From assembly GCA_036172245.1 (NCBI GenBank), contig JAYWIR010000003.1, forward strand, positions 5,766,001 through 5,830,000: a DNA stretch of 64,000 nucleotides, given 5' to 3'. Below are positions 1 to 12,450 of the stretch, in pieces. The position numbers were made by a program, and so were the translations under genes. Source of the stretch: Raillietiella orientalis (taxonomy: Eukaryota). Position 1 is the first letter of the stretch, and every line of letters begins with the position of its first letter. Below the pieces are notes generated by a model that saw only the letters and a program-made list of their open reading frames with translations, was not told the DNA's origin and ran no database searches.

Positions 1-1049
1 CAGCCCGAGATCTCTGGGCCGGAAGGAGGGGTGAGCTTGACGTTCGCTTGCGGGGTGTCGTGGAGCGCCTGTCCGGAGCGCAGCGAGGGATGGTGACGAT
101 CTCGGTCTCTCTGGAAGGAGAGGCCCGGAGGGGTGGGGGAGTGGGTGAGGAGGAGTGAGGAAGCAGGAGGAACACTTCTGGAGAGTTCTTCGCGACAGCG
201 ATCCCTCTTTCCCGCAAGAGCACTTCCGCCCGCGCTCCAAAACTCCCCCGCCGCCGTCCGACGACTCGCCCCAAAGCCGGTTCTGAGCCTGCCGCGTTTC
301 CGTGGCGACGGCTGACCAAGAAAGAGAGGCAGGAGGGCGGGAGGGAGAGGCATTTGGAGGTTCATTGAGGGAGTCCCCTCATGGCCGGGAGGAGAGGCCA
401 GGCTTCGGAAGATGAGGCGAGCAGATCCTCCGTGGACGCTCCGCCCTGTCTTCCTGGCACCAGCGGCGCATGCGGCTTCCAAGAAGGAGGGATCCGTTCC
501 TCTTTCTCCCTAGCTTCCCGCCGGCGGAAGTCGTGACGCTCTAGAGGACGCCAGACCGCCCTTTCCTTCCCTATGCCCGTGTGATGGGCGGCGGCGGCGG
601 TCCAGCGCCCTTCCCGTCGCATGCGCATGAATACTGCGCACGCGAGCGCCGTCCCTGGAACCCTGCTCAACGCAAGAAGGGCAAAAACCACTGTTGGCCC
701 CTATTCACTTCCCGATGGGCGTGGTCTCGCGACCGGCGATGGTGACGCGAAAGACCTTCCCACCCTCCTGCCGATGGAGGGCGGGGATCCACCCCTTCGA
801 AAGTCCGAAAGTGGGCGCCATGGGCAGCGCGCGCGGAACCCACCCCACTCGCTTTCCTCTGCTGGGCAAGGCTCTTCCTTTGTTTCTTTTCTCCCTTTCT
901 CACCTACTCCTTCTCGCTTGGCACAAGTCGCCGCTGGTCGAGGGGATGAGCGCTCCCGCGACTGCGCCATCAGGGAGCCGCCCCCTTAGCTAGCGCCGCA
1001 GGCGGCTCCATCCGTGGCTTCAGCTTCTTATTCGGCGGCGACGACGTCG

Positions 1050-1850
1050 TCTCGGGCGCTTCGAGGGAGCCGGCCCCTCCCTGACCGTCCAAAGAGACGT
1101 GACGGACATCCTTCGAGCCCTGCGGCGCTTCTCGCAGCACCATTCTCAGTCCGCAGGCCCAGGGCGAGTGCTGCCGCGCCACCTGAATGGGCTTCTTGCG
1201 CACAACGCGCACGCGCACGCCGTACACCTGCGTAGGGGAGGCAGGAGAAGGAGAGGGAGGGAAAACAGGAAGAAGCCTGAAGCTGGGCGGGACGGCTGGC
1301 GAAGCTCACTTCCCGTCTCCCGGACGCCGAACTCGTCCCTAACGTGCCTCCCGGGACATTGTCCTACCATAGTGCCGCTCTTCCTTCAGAATCACTATTC
1401 CGGTTCTCGGGAGCTCCTCACCCTCCTCTTGCCACTGGGAATTCGCGTGCAGCTCCGGAGGCATTCCCACCTGCTCTCTCTTCTTCCCTCTTTCTCGATG
1501 AGGGGAAGAGGGCGGAAAAGAACGAGGTCGCTGCAGGAGAGGAGGACCGCGCTCAGGGGTGGAGATGACCAGGAGAGGCCCTGGATGCGACGCGCGCATC
1601 TGTCCTCAGTCCTCGACGAGCTCTCACCCTGGTGGGCGGATGGTGGGAAAGTCTTTCGCCCTCGCCCACTCATCCCTTTTCTTCCTCCTCCGCTTGTCCA
1701 TCAGCTTGCCATCTGGGTGCAGCATCACTCTCCAGGGGTTATCGGAGGTGTCCTCTGGAGTATAGGGAGTCCTCCTGTCCAGGGTTACCACCGTCTCCGT
1801 CAGCGCCTTTCTCTCTCGCTCGTCCATCCCCTTCCAACTCCTCTCCTCCA
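1050..1850 (+). mobile_element. Decayed LINE RT relic, I/jockey-like
   Basis: ILRALRRF...GRVLPRHLNGLL (IL..L...GR.L..I..FL) followed by LSSVLDELSPWWADGGKVFRP (LQ..LD.L..W....G..F.P). Confidence 0.4.
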
Positions 1851-3295
1851 CATTCCTCGCCCTACCGCGCGAACTTTCGCACTTGGGAACGACCACCCCC
1901 GGAGTTGGGGCTTTTTTTTTTTTCATTTTGGCGTTCTTTCCCTCTACATCCCACTCTCCCTCTTCCCAGCACCTCAAACGAGCAAAGGGACAGAGAGAAA
2001 ACCTTCTCCACGCTGCTTGGAGAAGAAATGGAGAAGGATGAAAGAAAGGGGAGGGAAGGGCGGTGGGCGAAGCAGACCCTCCAGGGAGCTACGACTCCGG
2101 CGAGAGGTTTCCGGGTGGAAGGGAAGAGGATAGAAGCTGCGTGGAAGATGCTTCTTTCCTTCCCCCTTTCTCCCTTGTCCTCTCCGGCACAGGGAGGGGA
2201 GGGCGAGGCGAGAGGGAGAGGAGGAGGGACGGTCTCCCTGGGAACGGCAGCTCCTGCATCCGGGAAGCAGGATGGAGGGGAAAGGCAAGGAGGGAGTGGA
2301 GGAGGAGGAGCCGGAAGGAAGAGAGGGGGAGGAGGACGAATGGGCGGAAGAGCCGCCGCTGCCGCCAGGGAGAGGCAGACTTTGGGGGTGGGGAGACAGG
2401 AAGGCCCTCTCGTTCAAAGAGTGAGTCATCTGCTGCAACTAAGGAGATCCTTGCCTCTCATCTCTTCCCTCATCCCGGGGAGAGTGCCTTTCTCCTTTTT
2501 GGCCTACCACGTTCCGGTTGTCCAGAAGTTCGCTTCCAGGAGGGCCTCGAAAGGATCTCTCTTCCTCCACCTTCTCCTTCTCCTCGGAGAAGGAGGAGGA
2601 GGGAGAGGAGAACGGAGGGGGTCAGGGGAGCGAAGGGGTCCCTGCCGGAAGTGTCCTCCGGGGAGGACAGCATTCGCTGTAGCTGCCACTGGAGCCGGGA
2701 CTTCCTCGCAGCTGCCCCCCGGCAAGGAACGCTCCCGCGGGATGCGCGTGTATGGAGCAGGGAAACGGAGGAGGGTGAGCTGGTAATCGTCCTCTACGCA
2801 AGATTCCCTCTCCCTCCCCCGGCGGTAGGCCTGAGCTGCCCGCAGGGCGCTCGCTCAGAGTCTCCCCTGCAGCGCTGCTCTCGCCTTGACGACGCCGAGG
2901 CCGTAGCCTCGTGCAGCGCTGGCTGCGCGCGGCCCCGCTTCCCCGTTGGTTCTGCGCAGCGATCCGCGCGCGCCGGCGACGCTCGCTCGCCCGTCGGCGA
3001 CGAGCGGCGGCGGCTGCCGAACCGAGCGACGCCCGCCAGTGCGGGGGCACTGTCCAATAGATTTCTTCGGATCGCGCGTGCGTTCCTCTGCCGGCAGGGC
3101 GAGTGTCCCCCTCCGAGGAGGAGGGGGAAGGACGCGCGAGTGGGGTGACCCTCGCGTCCCTTCTCTCGCGGTGAGGGACGTCGGGCGCACGTCGGGTCGC
3201 GGTGATCGATGGGTGGGAAGGACCGAACGAGGCAGCGCGCCCGCCACTTCCGAAGGGGAACGTCGCTACCGCCGCCGCCGGGCTGACAGAGGATA

Positions 3296-3373
3296 CCCTC
3301 CCCCCTTCCTTCCCTCCCTTTTTCTCCTTTTCTTCTCTCTCTCTCTCTCTCTTTCTTTTTTTCCTTTTCTTTT
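3296..3373. repeat. 78-nt pure pyrimidine tract including a (TC)n microsatellite
   Basis: Read directly; no purine on the plus strand between these coordinates. Confidence 0.9.
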
Positions 3374-3546
3374 GCGTGCGTGAGTGCGTGCGCGTTTTCT
3401 GCTTTTGTTTTCCTCCTTCGCGCGCATGCGCCGATCCACCCGGAAGGACAAGGTATGCAGGTAACGGCGGCCAACTGGGATGCACTGCTTAGAGGAAGAA
3501 GCGGGGAGCCCTTCTCCTTCTGAGCGATGAGAACGAAACCTCCCTA

Positions 3547-3566
3547 CCCCCCCCCCCCCCCCCCCC
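3547..3566. repeat. C20 homopolymer (a second run, C18, at 35996-36013)
   Basis: Read directly. Confidence 0.95.
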
Positions 3567-3959
3567 AACTAGTCGTACCCTCCTCTTCTTCGCTGAGCCC
3601 TATCGCATCGGCGCCTCACACCACGGCCGGGGTGTGCGCCTAATCTCGCTGCCCCTTTGCATATTCCGAGACCCACCCACTCCTTAGGAAGGGACCAGCA
3701 GGGAACGCTCTGCGTCTCAAGGGCCGGGATTAAGCACCCTAGGGAAGAGAGGGAGACGCAGGAGAAGGGACGACGGTCGCTCGGAAAGGGCGAGCAGCAG
3801 GATCGAAAGGGAACCTTTCGTGGCGCGGGATCCGGGAATTCGCTCGTTCCCAAGCCCTTTGCTATCCCTCCCGTGTTTACCGACTGGGTCGTCCCTACCA
3901 ACTTTTGTAGGTTCTTCTTTCTCTACTCTCCGCCCTCGCGTCAGTTATTCCGGACTAAG

Positions 3960-5180
3960 CGGTGTGCCTCCATGACTCAGGAGGAAAAGCAGGGCAGCGC
4001 GCTCTCCCAGGTCCGGGCGTGAACGATACCACAGCGGGTCATCAGGGAGACTGGAAACGCCGACATTTTCTTTTCTCGCCGACCTCTCTAGAGCAGCGAG
4101 CCCCAGCAAGAGGGATATTTCTGCTTTTAGAGAGGATGGCGGAGTGGTAGCCTCGCTACCTAAGGAGGAGGAGGAGAGGACGAGGAGGACCTTGCGGACA
4201 TCCATAAGGACACCGCAGTCAGCTGCCAAACCCAGCGGCCCCTCCACTGCACCCACTCTACCCTCCTTTCACAGGAGCCAGCGGCAGGAGACTACACCGC
4301 TCTCTCCGGAAGATGTAGTCTGAGTCCCGAGTCGCGAGAGGAAGAAGCCGCAGGTTCCTTCCGCTGCAGGAGCAGTGCAGTTGGACCCGGAAAAGCGAGG
4401 GACGGGAGGCCTCTCCGGCAGGAAGAATGCTGCTTGCGAAGTACCTGAAGATCCCGCAGATCGAAGGCACTTGCAGGCTATTGCGGAGATGCCTGAGCGG
4501 AAGGAAACTCCTCCTTCAGAGGGGTTCCTGCGCCACCGCAGGTGTCCAGGAATTTCTGTGCGTGAGGGAGACCTCCAGAGTCCTACGCTCGCAAGCTCTT
4601 GCAAGAAGCTCGCTCCCGCCCTTTCCCCTGGTCCGAAGGTCAAAGAGCAGGGAGGCGAGAGGAGATAGGAGAGAGGAGCTCTTGCCGAAGAACTCGAGCT
4701 GGTCTTCTTCAGGCAGGTGGAAGTCGGCGGAGGCCGCGAAGGATGGACAGTGGGAAGAGAAATGACGGATGGAGATGTTGTAAAGGTCGCAGATGCTGCC
4801 CCTGGAAGGGCAGGGATCTCTAGGTGCGGAGGCGCGCTCGTTTGACCACCACTAGTCAGGAAGGCAACGCGGATGGTCCTTTCAGCATCCGAAGAAGGGC
4901 TGCCAGGAGAAAAGATGGCTTCCTTCCAGAAATGGGTCGGGAGGCGACAAGCGGCAGTCGACAACAGCACACCACGAGTCTCCGAGTGCTTCTTCCTGCA
5001 AGCCTCCTCCATGGAGGCAAAGATCGCCACCGCTCCGTCAAGGGAGGGAGATGCACAGAGGGCAGGAAGGATGGATCACCAAGAAGAGCTTCCTCTGCTT
5101 CCATGTCGCCAACTAGGCCTCGGCTTGAGAACCGATCCCACCCTCGACATCCTCCGCTGCAGAAGAGCTCTGTGGTGACG
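3960..5180 (+). mobile_element. Decayed LINE RT relic, CR1/L2-like
   Basis: Ordered fragments across frameshifts: ALPGPG (K.PGPD), PQRVIRE (HPRVLKE), VQLDPEK (LDF.KAFD), LLAKYLKIPQIEGTCRLLRRCLSGR (LL.KL..GI.G..L.WI..FLS.R), EGDLQSPTLA (GVPQGSVL), FQKWVGRRQAAVDNSTPRV (L..W...W.M.FN..KC.V). Confidence 0.55.
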
Positions 5181-7249
5181 AGGCATCGAGGACTGTAGCC
5201 CGGGATCGCCGCATCAGGAAGAGTCGCGGCATGGAGGAAGGGGCAACCTTGCCCTGATGGTCCCGCTTCTGCATGGAAGAGTGAAATTTTTCTTTCCTTT
5301 CCCCCTTTCCCATAGGGTTTCCGGCTGGGACGGAAAAACCCTCAAGGGACGTCGTTCCGCCAATCGCTCAATTCTTTTCTTCTTAAAGACGAGGGAGTCC
5401 GAGAGGGTTCCTCGCTCCCCCCCTGTCAACAGCGCTCCTCCCGAGCGGCGTTCCGTCCTCCTGATTCATCCTTGAAAATCGACTCGTTGGACAGGGGCGC
5501 GAGAGCTCCTGAACGCGCGGACGGACTCTCCAGCGGTAAGGGGGAGGACAAGAAGACAGGAAGAGCGGATAGCAGAAGAGCGGGCGCGTCCTTGCGCCGG
5601 GGATGCCTGCCGGAGCCGATGGGGAAGCGTCGGCTGCAAAGAGGCAGCGCGAGAGCCAAGCATGAATCCTCCTTGGCGCCTTCTCGCCTCTCTGGGCTCC
5701 CAAATGCCATCGGGACACTCGCGCGAGAAGCAGCTGGATGCGGCACGCCACCGCGGTCTGTAGGAAGGGAGAGAGTCCTCTTCCCCTCTCCCCATCTCTC
5801 TCGCAGACACAGGGGGAACTCCGCAGGCGCGACGTCTCTTGCTGGCTGCCAGCGCCGTTCTTTCCGTTCCCATCCCTGCAGCTTCCCATCTTTTCCCTCT
5901 CGCCGTTCGGCGGAGGGAAATATAGGAGGGAGGCGCGAAAGATTTCTGGAGAGTGCAAGATGGCAGGAAAGAGGAGGTGGAGAGAGAGGAACGGAGAGGA
6001 GAGAGGAAGAGAAAAAAAAACTCACGGGGGGGAGGAAACTGATGATGGACGCCCGCTTTCCGGAGGGAGTAGCCGGCAGAAGTGTCAGAACGGGAGGGCG
6101 TGTTCGAACCACTCCGGCCCAGCTTGGAGCTTCCGTCGCTGCGGGCGCGTGCGCGCGGTTCGCACCAGCCTTCTCCAATTCCTCCTCCTCTTCCTCTTTC
6201 CGTCTCCTAAAGATACTGCGTTGCCCGGGAAATCGGTCTTCCCGAGCGCCAGCAGCATCAGTACGCTCATCAGCCTAAGGAAAAAGATGCAGCGTGAATC
6301 ATCTCCTTCCAGGGATGCAGGGGAGGGGGATGCTTGCGTGGCCGGAGCTGACGCTGCAGAGTGCATCTTGCCTTACAGCTTCCCAGCTGCTTAGGGCTCT
6401 CGGGACTTTACGCGCTTCCTCAGAACCAGCGTCTGTATCCAGAGAGCTGCAAGGAGGCGGCGGAGGAAACGCCGGGATCGCTCTCTGCAACCCTTCCCTT
6501 CGCCTGCAGCTCCTCCCGCCTCGAAATCTTCCTTTCAGTTCCTCCCAGTAAGCCCCCAGAAGCGCATCAGAGAAGGCGGAATCCCTGGACGGAATGCTCG
6601 GGAGAGGGTCGGCAGCAGTTCCACCAGGGCGAGGAGGGGAAGCGACGCCAGACGATCCCATTCACGCAGGCCGGAGCTCGCATGAGGCGCTGGCGGCGCC
6701 ACTGAGGGGTCCTCTCTCTCTCGTGTCATCGCCGCCCTTGGCGGGAAAGCCTCGTGCGCGGTGCTCGACGCTGCTCCGTCGGTTCCCACGCGTACTGGAA
6801 GAAGGAAATCCTTGGGGATGAGGATTCCAGCTCCCGCCTCCCGCGTGCTGCTAGCGACAGCTGGGGCGGCTGGCGGGCACGACCTTCGCTGCGGCTGCGG
6901 CATCTCCCGCTCGCCATTCCGAGCAGGACGCCGGAGCCATCGATCGATGTCGACCGTGCCCTGCGGCGCTCCGTCGTGCTCGGGAAGCAGGCCACAGAGC
7001 AAGCCAAGCGGGAAGTCGGAAGTCGCCTCCCTCCCCTCCTCTCCGGCTCGCTCGTGACGAGAGCCAGGGGTCAGCTGCTGCTGCTCTTTCGTTTCCGAGT
7101 GGGAAAGCAAGAAGGAGAAGGAAGAGGAGGAGCTTTCTCTGGATCTCATGGTTCCCGGTTTCCGGGGAGTTCTTGTGAGGGCGGCTTCCCTCCTTGGCAC
7201 AGGAACGAGGGAGATGCATTCGCGTCCCTAGCTCCGGAAGGATTGGTAC

Positions 7250-9000
7250 AGGAACTGGAAGGTGTGAGGAAGCTGAGCTCTCCTGCTCTCAAGCGCTCGC
7301 ACTTTTTTCATCTTATCCCTCCTCTCTCCTCCTCCCCTGCACTGCGTCTTCTCCTTGTCCTCCTCATGTCGTTATCCTCGACAGAAGGATGCTATCCCTC
7401 TTGCCTGAGATGCTTCGATCAGTCCTTATGGATGCTGCGCTTCTCCTCTATCCCCAAAATGCCTCTTCAAGAGAAGAAGCGAGGAGAGGGGGTACATCAA
7501 GGAAAATTTCAGGATGCGTAGCTCTCCCTCACCTCCTCCAGCTCTTGAAGGAGGAGTCTGACGTGCCCTCTCATGGAGGAGGGATGAAGCAGACATGAAA
7601 CCAAGGAGACGGGACCCTCGCTTTCCTCGTGAGCTGCAAGCCGGATGCCTTATCGTACCACTGCTTGCAGACTCCCGGAGAGTCTGGGGTCTGAGCGAGA
7701 AAGTCCCAGAGTCAGGCTCTGTCTTCCTCCTCCAGGAATCCGGGAACCGCTGCTTCCTCGCAACCTGATCTCAAAGCAGGATCCCATCGACCCGAGGGCG
7801 TGCGCGCACCAGCCAGGAACGGCAGAGGGGCTGCTTCTCCCCCCGCCCGGACTCAACTTAAGGCCGTGGACAGGTGGGTAGGGAAGATGGCAGGAGAGCC
7901 AGTCACTGCGATCCCGGCGCGGATGCCCCTGGATCTCCAGGAACCCGGCTTTGGGGCGAGGAGGCACGCAGACCGTCGAAGCGGGAAAGCCCGGACTCAT
8001 CCTTGGAGTGCGCTTCATCGCTCCTTCCCCCTTCCTTTCCCCTGGAGCTACCAGAATGTTTCCGGATCTCTGACCCTTCAAGAAGGGACTCTTGAAACTG
8101 CTCTTCCGGAAGGTCTGGAAGGCCGCTGGGTTCCAGAAGAGACATTTCCCTCCTTGACGGTTACTACTTCCCGAAAACAGGTTCCTGCATCACTCCACAG
8201 TTTTTTTTTTCTTCCTTTTGCGCTCGCGCAGTGCTTTCCCTGAAGGGGCGGATGACAAAGTTGCGGAGCTCCTTCGCCCACCGTCCGCTGTTCTCTCTCT
8301 CCTGGGGGAATTCCCTCTGGAGAGAGAAGGAATTTCCTCTGGCATCTCCTCCAATCCCCACAAGGAATTCGGCCAACCAGCCTGCAGTGAAAGGGCTTAA
8401 TCTCCGGCAGCCTCCTTCAGGGGAATGCCGCGGAGGCGGGGAGATCGCTCGGTAGCCCAGTAGTTTCCCCGGTTACGGCTCCCGGCACGATCCCGACTCC
8501 TCCACCTGGTCTCGCTCTCGCCTTCGGAAACAGACTAACTCCTACAAAAAGCCACCTCTTCCAGATGCGCTCACGTTCCCCCTTTGGGTGGTTTGCGGAG
8601 CACGGCGACAGGGATGTTTCCGTGATCCGAACGCGAGCTCTCTTCCGTGTGCTGTTTCCTAGGTGACGCCGTTTCTCGTCCCGAAGGTTCCCACGTGGGC
8701 GGGGTTCTTTCTCACGATTGCCAGCGGGGAAAAGGAGAAGCGCATTAACCTTCGAAAAAAGCCTCCAGAATGCTGCTGACCATGATGCTGGATCTGGACC
8801 GGGCTACACGGACCTCATCCCCTTCCCCTTCCCCTTCTCCCCCCCACACTCCTGTGTGATTTCTGCAGTACATGAGCAAAGCAGTCGATTGCTTACTCTT
8901 TTGGCACGTCTTCGCGCATTCACTCCCTTCTTCTTCCTCGCCTCTGCCTTCCAGCTTGGAAATCTCCTCCTCTTCCTTCTCACCCAAAAAGTTCGAGCCC
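7250..9000 (+). mobile_element. Decayed LINE RT relic, I-like
   Basis: ILDRRMLSLLPEMLRSVL (D.I...ML..L), KISGCVALPHLLQLLKE (YRPIAL...L.K..E), PLDLQEPGFG (FLDI.KAFD), ALTFEKSLQ (LTF..HI) in the expected order. Confidence 0.4.
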
Positions 9001-10779
9001 CTGCTCACCCGGGTGAAAAACCCAAAAAGTTCGGTGACGGCTCAAAGGAACACGACCCTCAAGCGAAAAGGGGGTCCCTTTTCGCTTCCGTTGTGAGATC
9101 AAGACAGGGTTTTCGCCTCTTATCCCCTTCCCCTTCATGTGAAGAGTGGCCTCCCGGAGGGTCCAGGGATCGCTGGAAGGGGTGCTGTCGCGAAGCCTCC
9201 TTTAAGGGCAGCGATTTCCTCTACCTACAGTCCCTTTCTGCTCCCCTTCTCTCCCGAGTGTCCTACGTCATGCGCTTCCGCTCATCCGACGTCAATCAAT
9301 CGTTTCTCTGATCATTCATCACCGCCGCATCCGGGCAAACGCGGCTTGTCGGTTGGCTAGCAACCTTCCTCCAGAACAGGGACTCGCGTCGCGGGACCGC
9401 CGTGCGAGGTCGCAGATTCGTGCGTGCATCCCTTCTCTCCCTTTTCCCTCACGAAGGAGCGAAAGTTGCTCCTCTACCCCGACTCCCTTCCCTCCCTCCT
9501 CCCCGACCAGAAAAGGAGGAGGATCAGGACGCACGATCTACGCGACGCTCAACACGAGGGTGCTCCTGGAAACCATAAATTCTGAGGACGGAGTGGGATG
9601 TTCTGCTGCCGGGCAGAAGACTATGAGAGCTGGGATCATTTATCATCTCGCGGCACGGAGACTCCGGGAGCGAGCCGGCTCTCGAGGCTCATTTGTCTTG
9701 CCATCCAGAAACGCCGCAGCTGCCGCTCCTTGGAAGACGGCGGGGGTGATTTATGGAGCGCCACTCCACGAGTCAAAATACAAACCTTCAACACGTGCGA
9801 CGCGTTAAGGAGGCTGCTGTCGGCGGCGACGGCTGCGGTGGCGGAGGAGCCATGCGCCGCCGCCATCCGAGATCCAGCCCACCCCTTTTCCATCCTCGAG
9901 GGAGGGGCGCTTCATCTACTGGGCTGTAGCCGTAGCTCGCTCGCTGCGTTCGCCGCTCGCTAGATGCCTGAGGCGGCGGCCGAGCTGCTGGAGCTCCGCT
10001 GAGAGGAACGTGCGGTTGGAGCAGGCGAACGGGCTGTTCTCTCCCGCTCTGGCGCACAAGGCACGCGAAATGGGAAACTTCTGGCAGGAGGCGGACGCAT
10101 ACTTTGTTCTCCGCATATTTAGGAAAGGTGCCGAGCTCTGATCCTGCTCTCCATTCGACAGGCGGCCGTCAGCGGAGAACATGCCTTCAGGGACGATCCG
10201 TTTTCTTCTCCGGCCTGGGAGGAGTGAGTGGAAATGGGGCGTAGCTGTTCGGGATGCATCCCCTCCGCACTCCCTCGCTTGTGTTCTCATGGGTCTCCGG
10301 ATCCGCTCGAGATGAGGCTCCTCCTGGTCCGCTCACGGTAGGTGCGGATAAGTGTCGCAGGTTCTCCGGAGTTGTCGGGCAGCTGCTGGAATCAAAGACA
10401 CCTCATCTGAGGCTTCAAATGTTTCAGCTCCTCCTCCTTCCGTCCAGCTCTCCCCCTTCCCCCCATCCACTGGGGTACGATGATGCTGGGTGTTGATTCT
10501 GCGTGTTCGGGAGCCTGGAAGAACAAGAGAATGCGAAACGGTGAGGTGGCAAAACCATCCAGCATCGAGTCCACAGGAAAAGTCAAGTGGTTTAGGATAA
10601 GTGGATCTTTAGCGATGGTAAATGCTGGAAAACCATAGAGGCACGTGTAGAGGCGAGGTGAAGGACACCCAGAATCTCAAGGTGTTCCTGGGAAACACTT
10701 GCTGCTCTCAGAGGTCCGTCCACCTTGGAACCTCTCTCCAGGAGCGCCCAGCCAGTCACGCCGAGCACGTTCTACTTGT

Positions 10780-12450
10780 GAGCGCACCGGAGAACGCAAC
10801 CTCCATCTTTCTGGAGGCAGATCTGGAAGCAGCTGTCTCTTCCCTCAGAAAAAAAAAACAAAGCTTTCTTTCTGGGGACTTAACCTTGGGTGATCTCAAC
10901 CGATCGGAGACAGGAAAACAAAACTCATGTTGTGCTTTCTCCCAGCATGGAACACCTGGGATGAAAAACCATCTTCCAGAAGCTTGCAGTATAAGAAAAA
11001 CAAAAGCGATCCTGGTTCTTTACTACGCAGCCCCACCAGGGATCCTTCCAACTTTGCAAACACATCTGGGATATGCCGAGCGCCTTGCTTGCGCAGCATC
11101 ATCCAAACAGCGATGGACCAGTCGATCAGAGGTCCTTTCGTTGGCATAGTCCATGAGGCTTCATCTCGGAATGCTTAAAAAATCAGGATCGCCGCAGTAG
11201 CCTCCATAACGGTCCTCTTCCGGTTTGGCAAAGCAGTCGATTCCTCACTCCTCCTGCAGACGCAGCGAGCTCGGATGGAAGCGGAGGGGGGAAAGGGCAG
11301 AGGCCAACAGACACCAGCAGAGGAGCAAGAGCGTTTTGTAAAACGCATGCTGACAGGGTTCGGTGAGCGGAGGGAGCAGATCAGGTCAGACAAAGATGTT
11401 CATCGACCCATGGTTACACCTCCACCAGGTGGTAAGCTCGAGTTGCACTTTGATTCGTTAGAGCATGCTTCCAGGGTTCATTCTTGAGGATATTCCTCAC
11501 GATGAGGCTGAGCAAACTCTTCTGATAGCTGTTCTCGGGCATCGTCGTGCAACAGCTGCTCAAGGGGATCGCTGGCGTCGTCTGGAGGATGTCCCGATCG
11601 GTGAGTCCAGTAGGTGTTCCGACTGCGTCGGATGCACGAGCTACCATGAGTTTGCCCATCTCCTCATGCAGTCTCTGGAAACCTAATCCTCGAAGAACTC
11701 CATCATATTTTGGATCCAAGAGTTCTAATTATGAAGGGGTAAATGGTGATTGGCCTGCCTCTCCGGGAGATTTGCATGGCAGCATCTTGATATTGTTTTC
11801 CGTCTCCTTCCTATTCTCGAATATTATCGCTTAGATCATAGCCAAAAAACCGGAAAAGGGATGCTGAGAGGCTGTTGAAAGGATGCTAACATCATCTGCT
11901 CCATCTGTGAGCATTTGCAGGATCCATCCCAAAAAAACGAACCTAGACGGACGGCTTCCATAAGAACAGCTCCTTGTCATGGCTTGAGGTTCCAAACTTT
12001 GCTTATAGCCTGGATCCGGGATCAATCGCCTCTTGAAGGACTCGTCCAGGATGCTGGGAGTGTTCCATACCGTCGCCTACTCTTGCATCTCCCCTTCCCA
12101 TCTGGTAACCCTCGCTTAGCTAACTGAAGCACAGAAGCATGCAGCCGTGGACAAGGAAGACCACGAGTCAGCCCTAGTACTCTTCTGAAGTCGTGTACCC
12201 TGCCTCCACTCTCCATGTGGCGGGTGGGTGTCCTCATCAAGCCATGTTCCGTTTTGCGTCTCCGGAATGACAGCAGATTTCTCCATTGGGGGACTGCTGC
12301 TTACGGCTTGCATTTCAACGTCCAGGAGCAAAGCCCATGATGCTTGAAATCCTGTGAATTGTCTCCCATACTCGTCGTCCTATCCCTGAATGGAGAAACC
12401 TGGAATCCGATGGGGATAGGTGTGGAGAATGCACGAGGCCGGAGCTTCCA
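10780..12450 (+). mobile_element. Decayed LINE RT relic, RTE-like
   Basis: DLEAAVSSLRKKK, HLPEAC, LHFDSLEH (KAFDS.EH), DVPIGES (GVPQG), GVNGD...RFA....DIVF (ING...LRFADDIVL), VLSLNGETW (VLLYG.ETW) in order. Confidence 0.45.

Noticed and set aside
970..1227. Minus-strand exon-like segment VYGVRVRVVRKKP after a good acceptor
   Set aside because: No good donor or partner exon, and the opposite strand reads as decayed RT.
1099..3148. Three overlapping plus-strand ORFs of 344-384 aa
   Set aside because: Low-complexity products from stop-poor GC-rich DNA; part overlaps a probable LINE relic.
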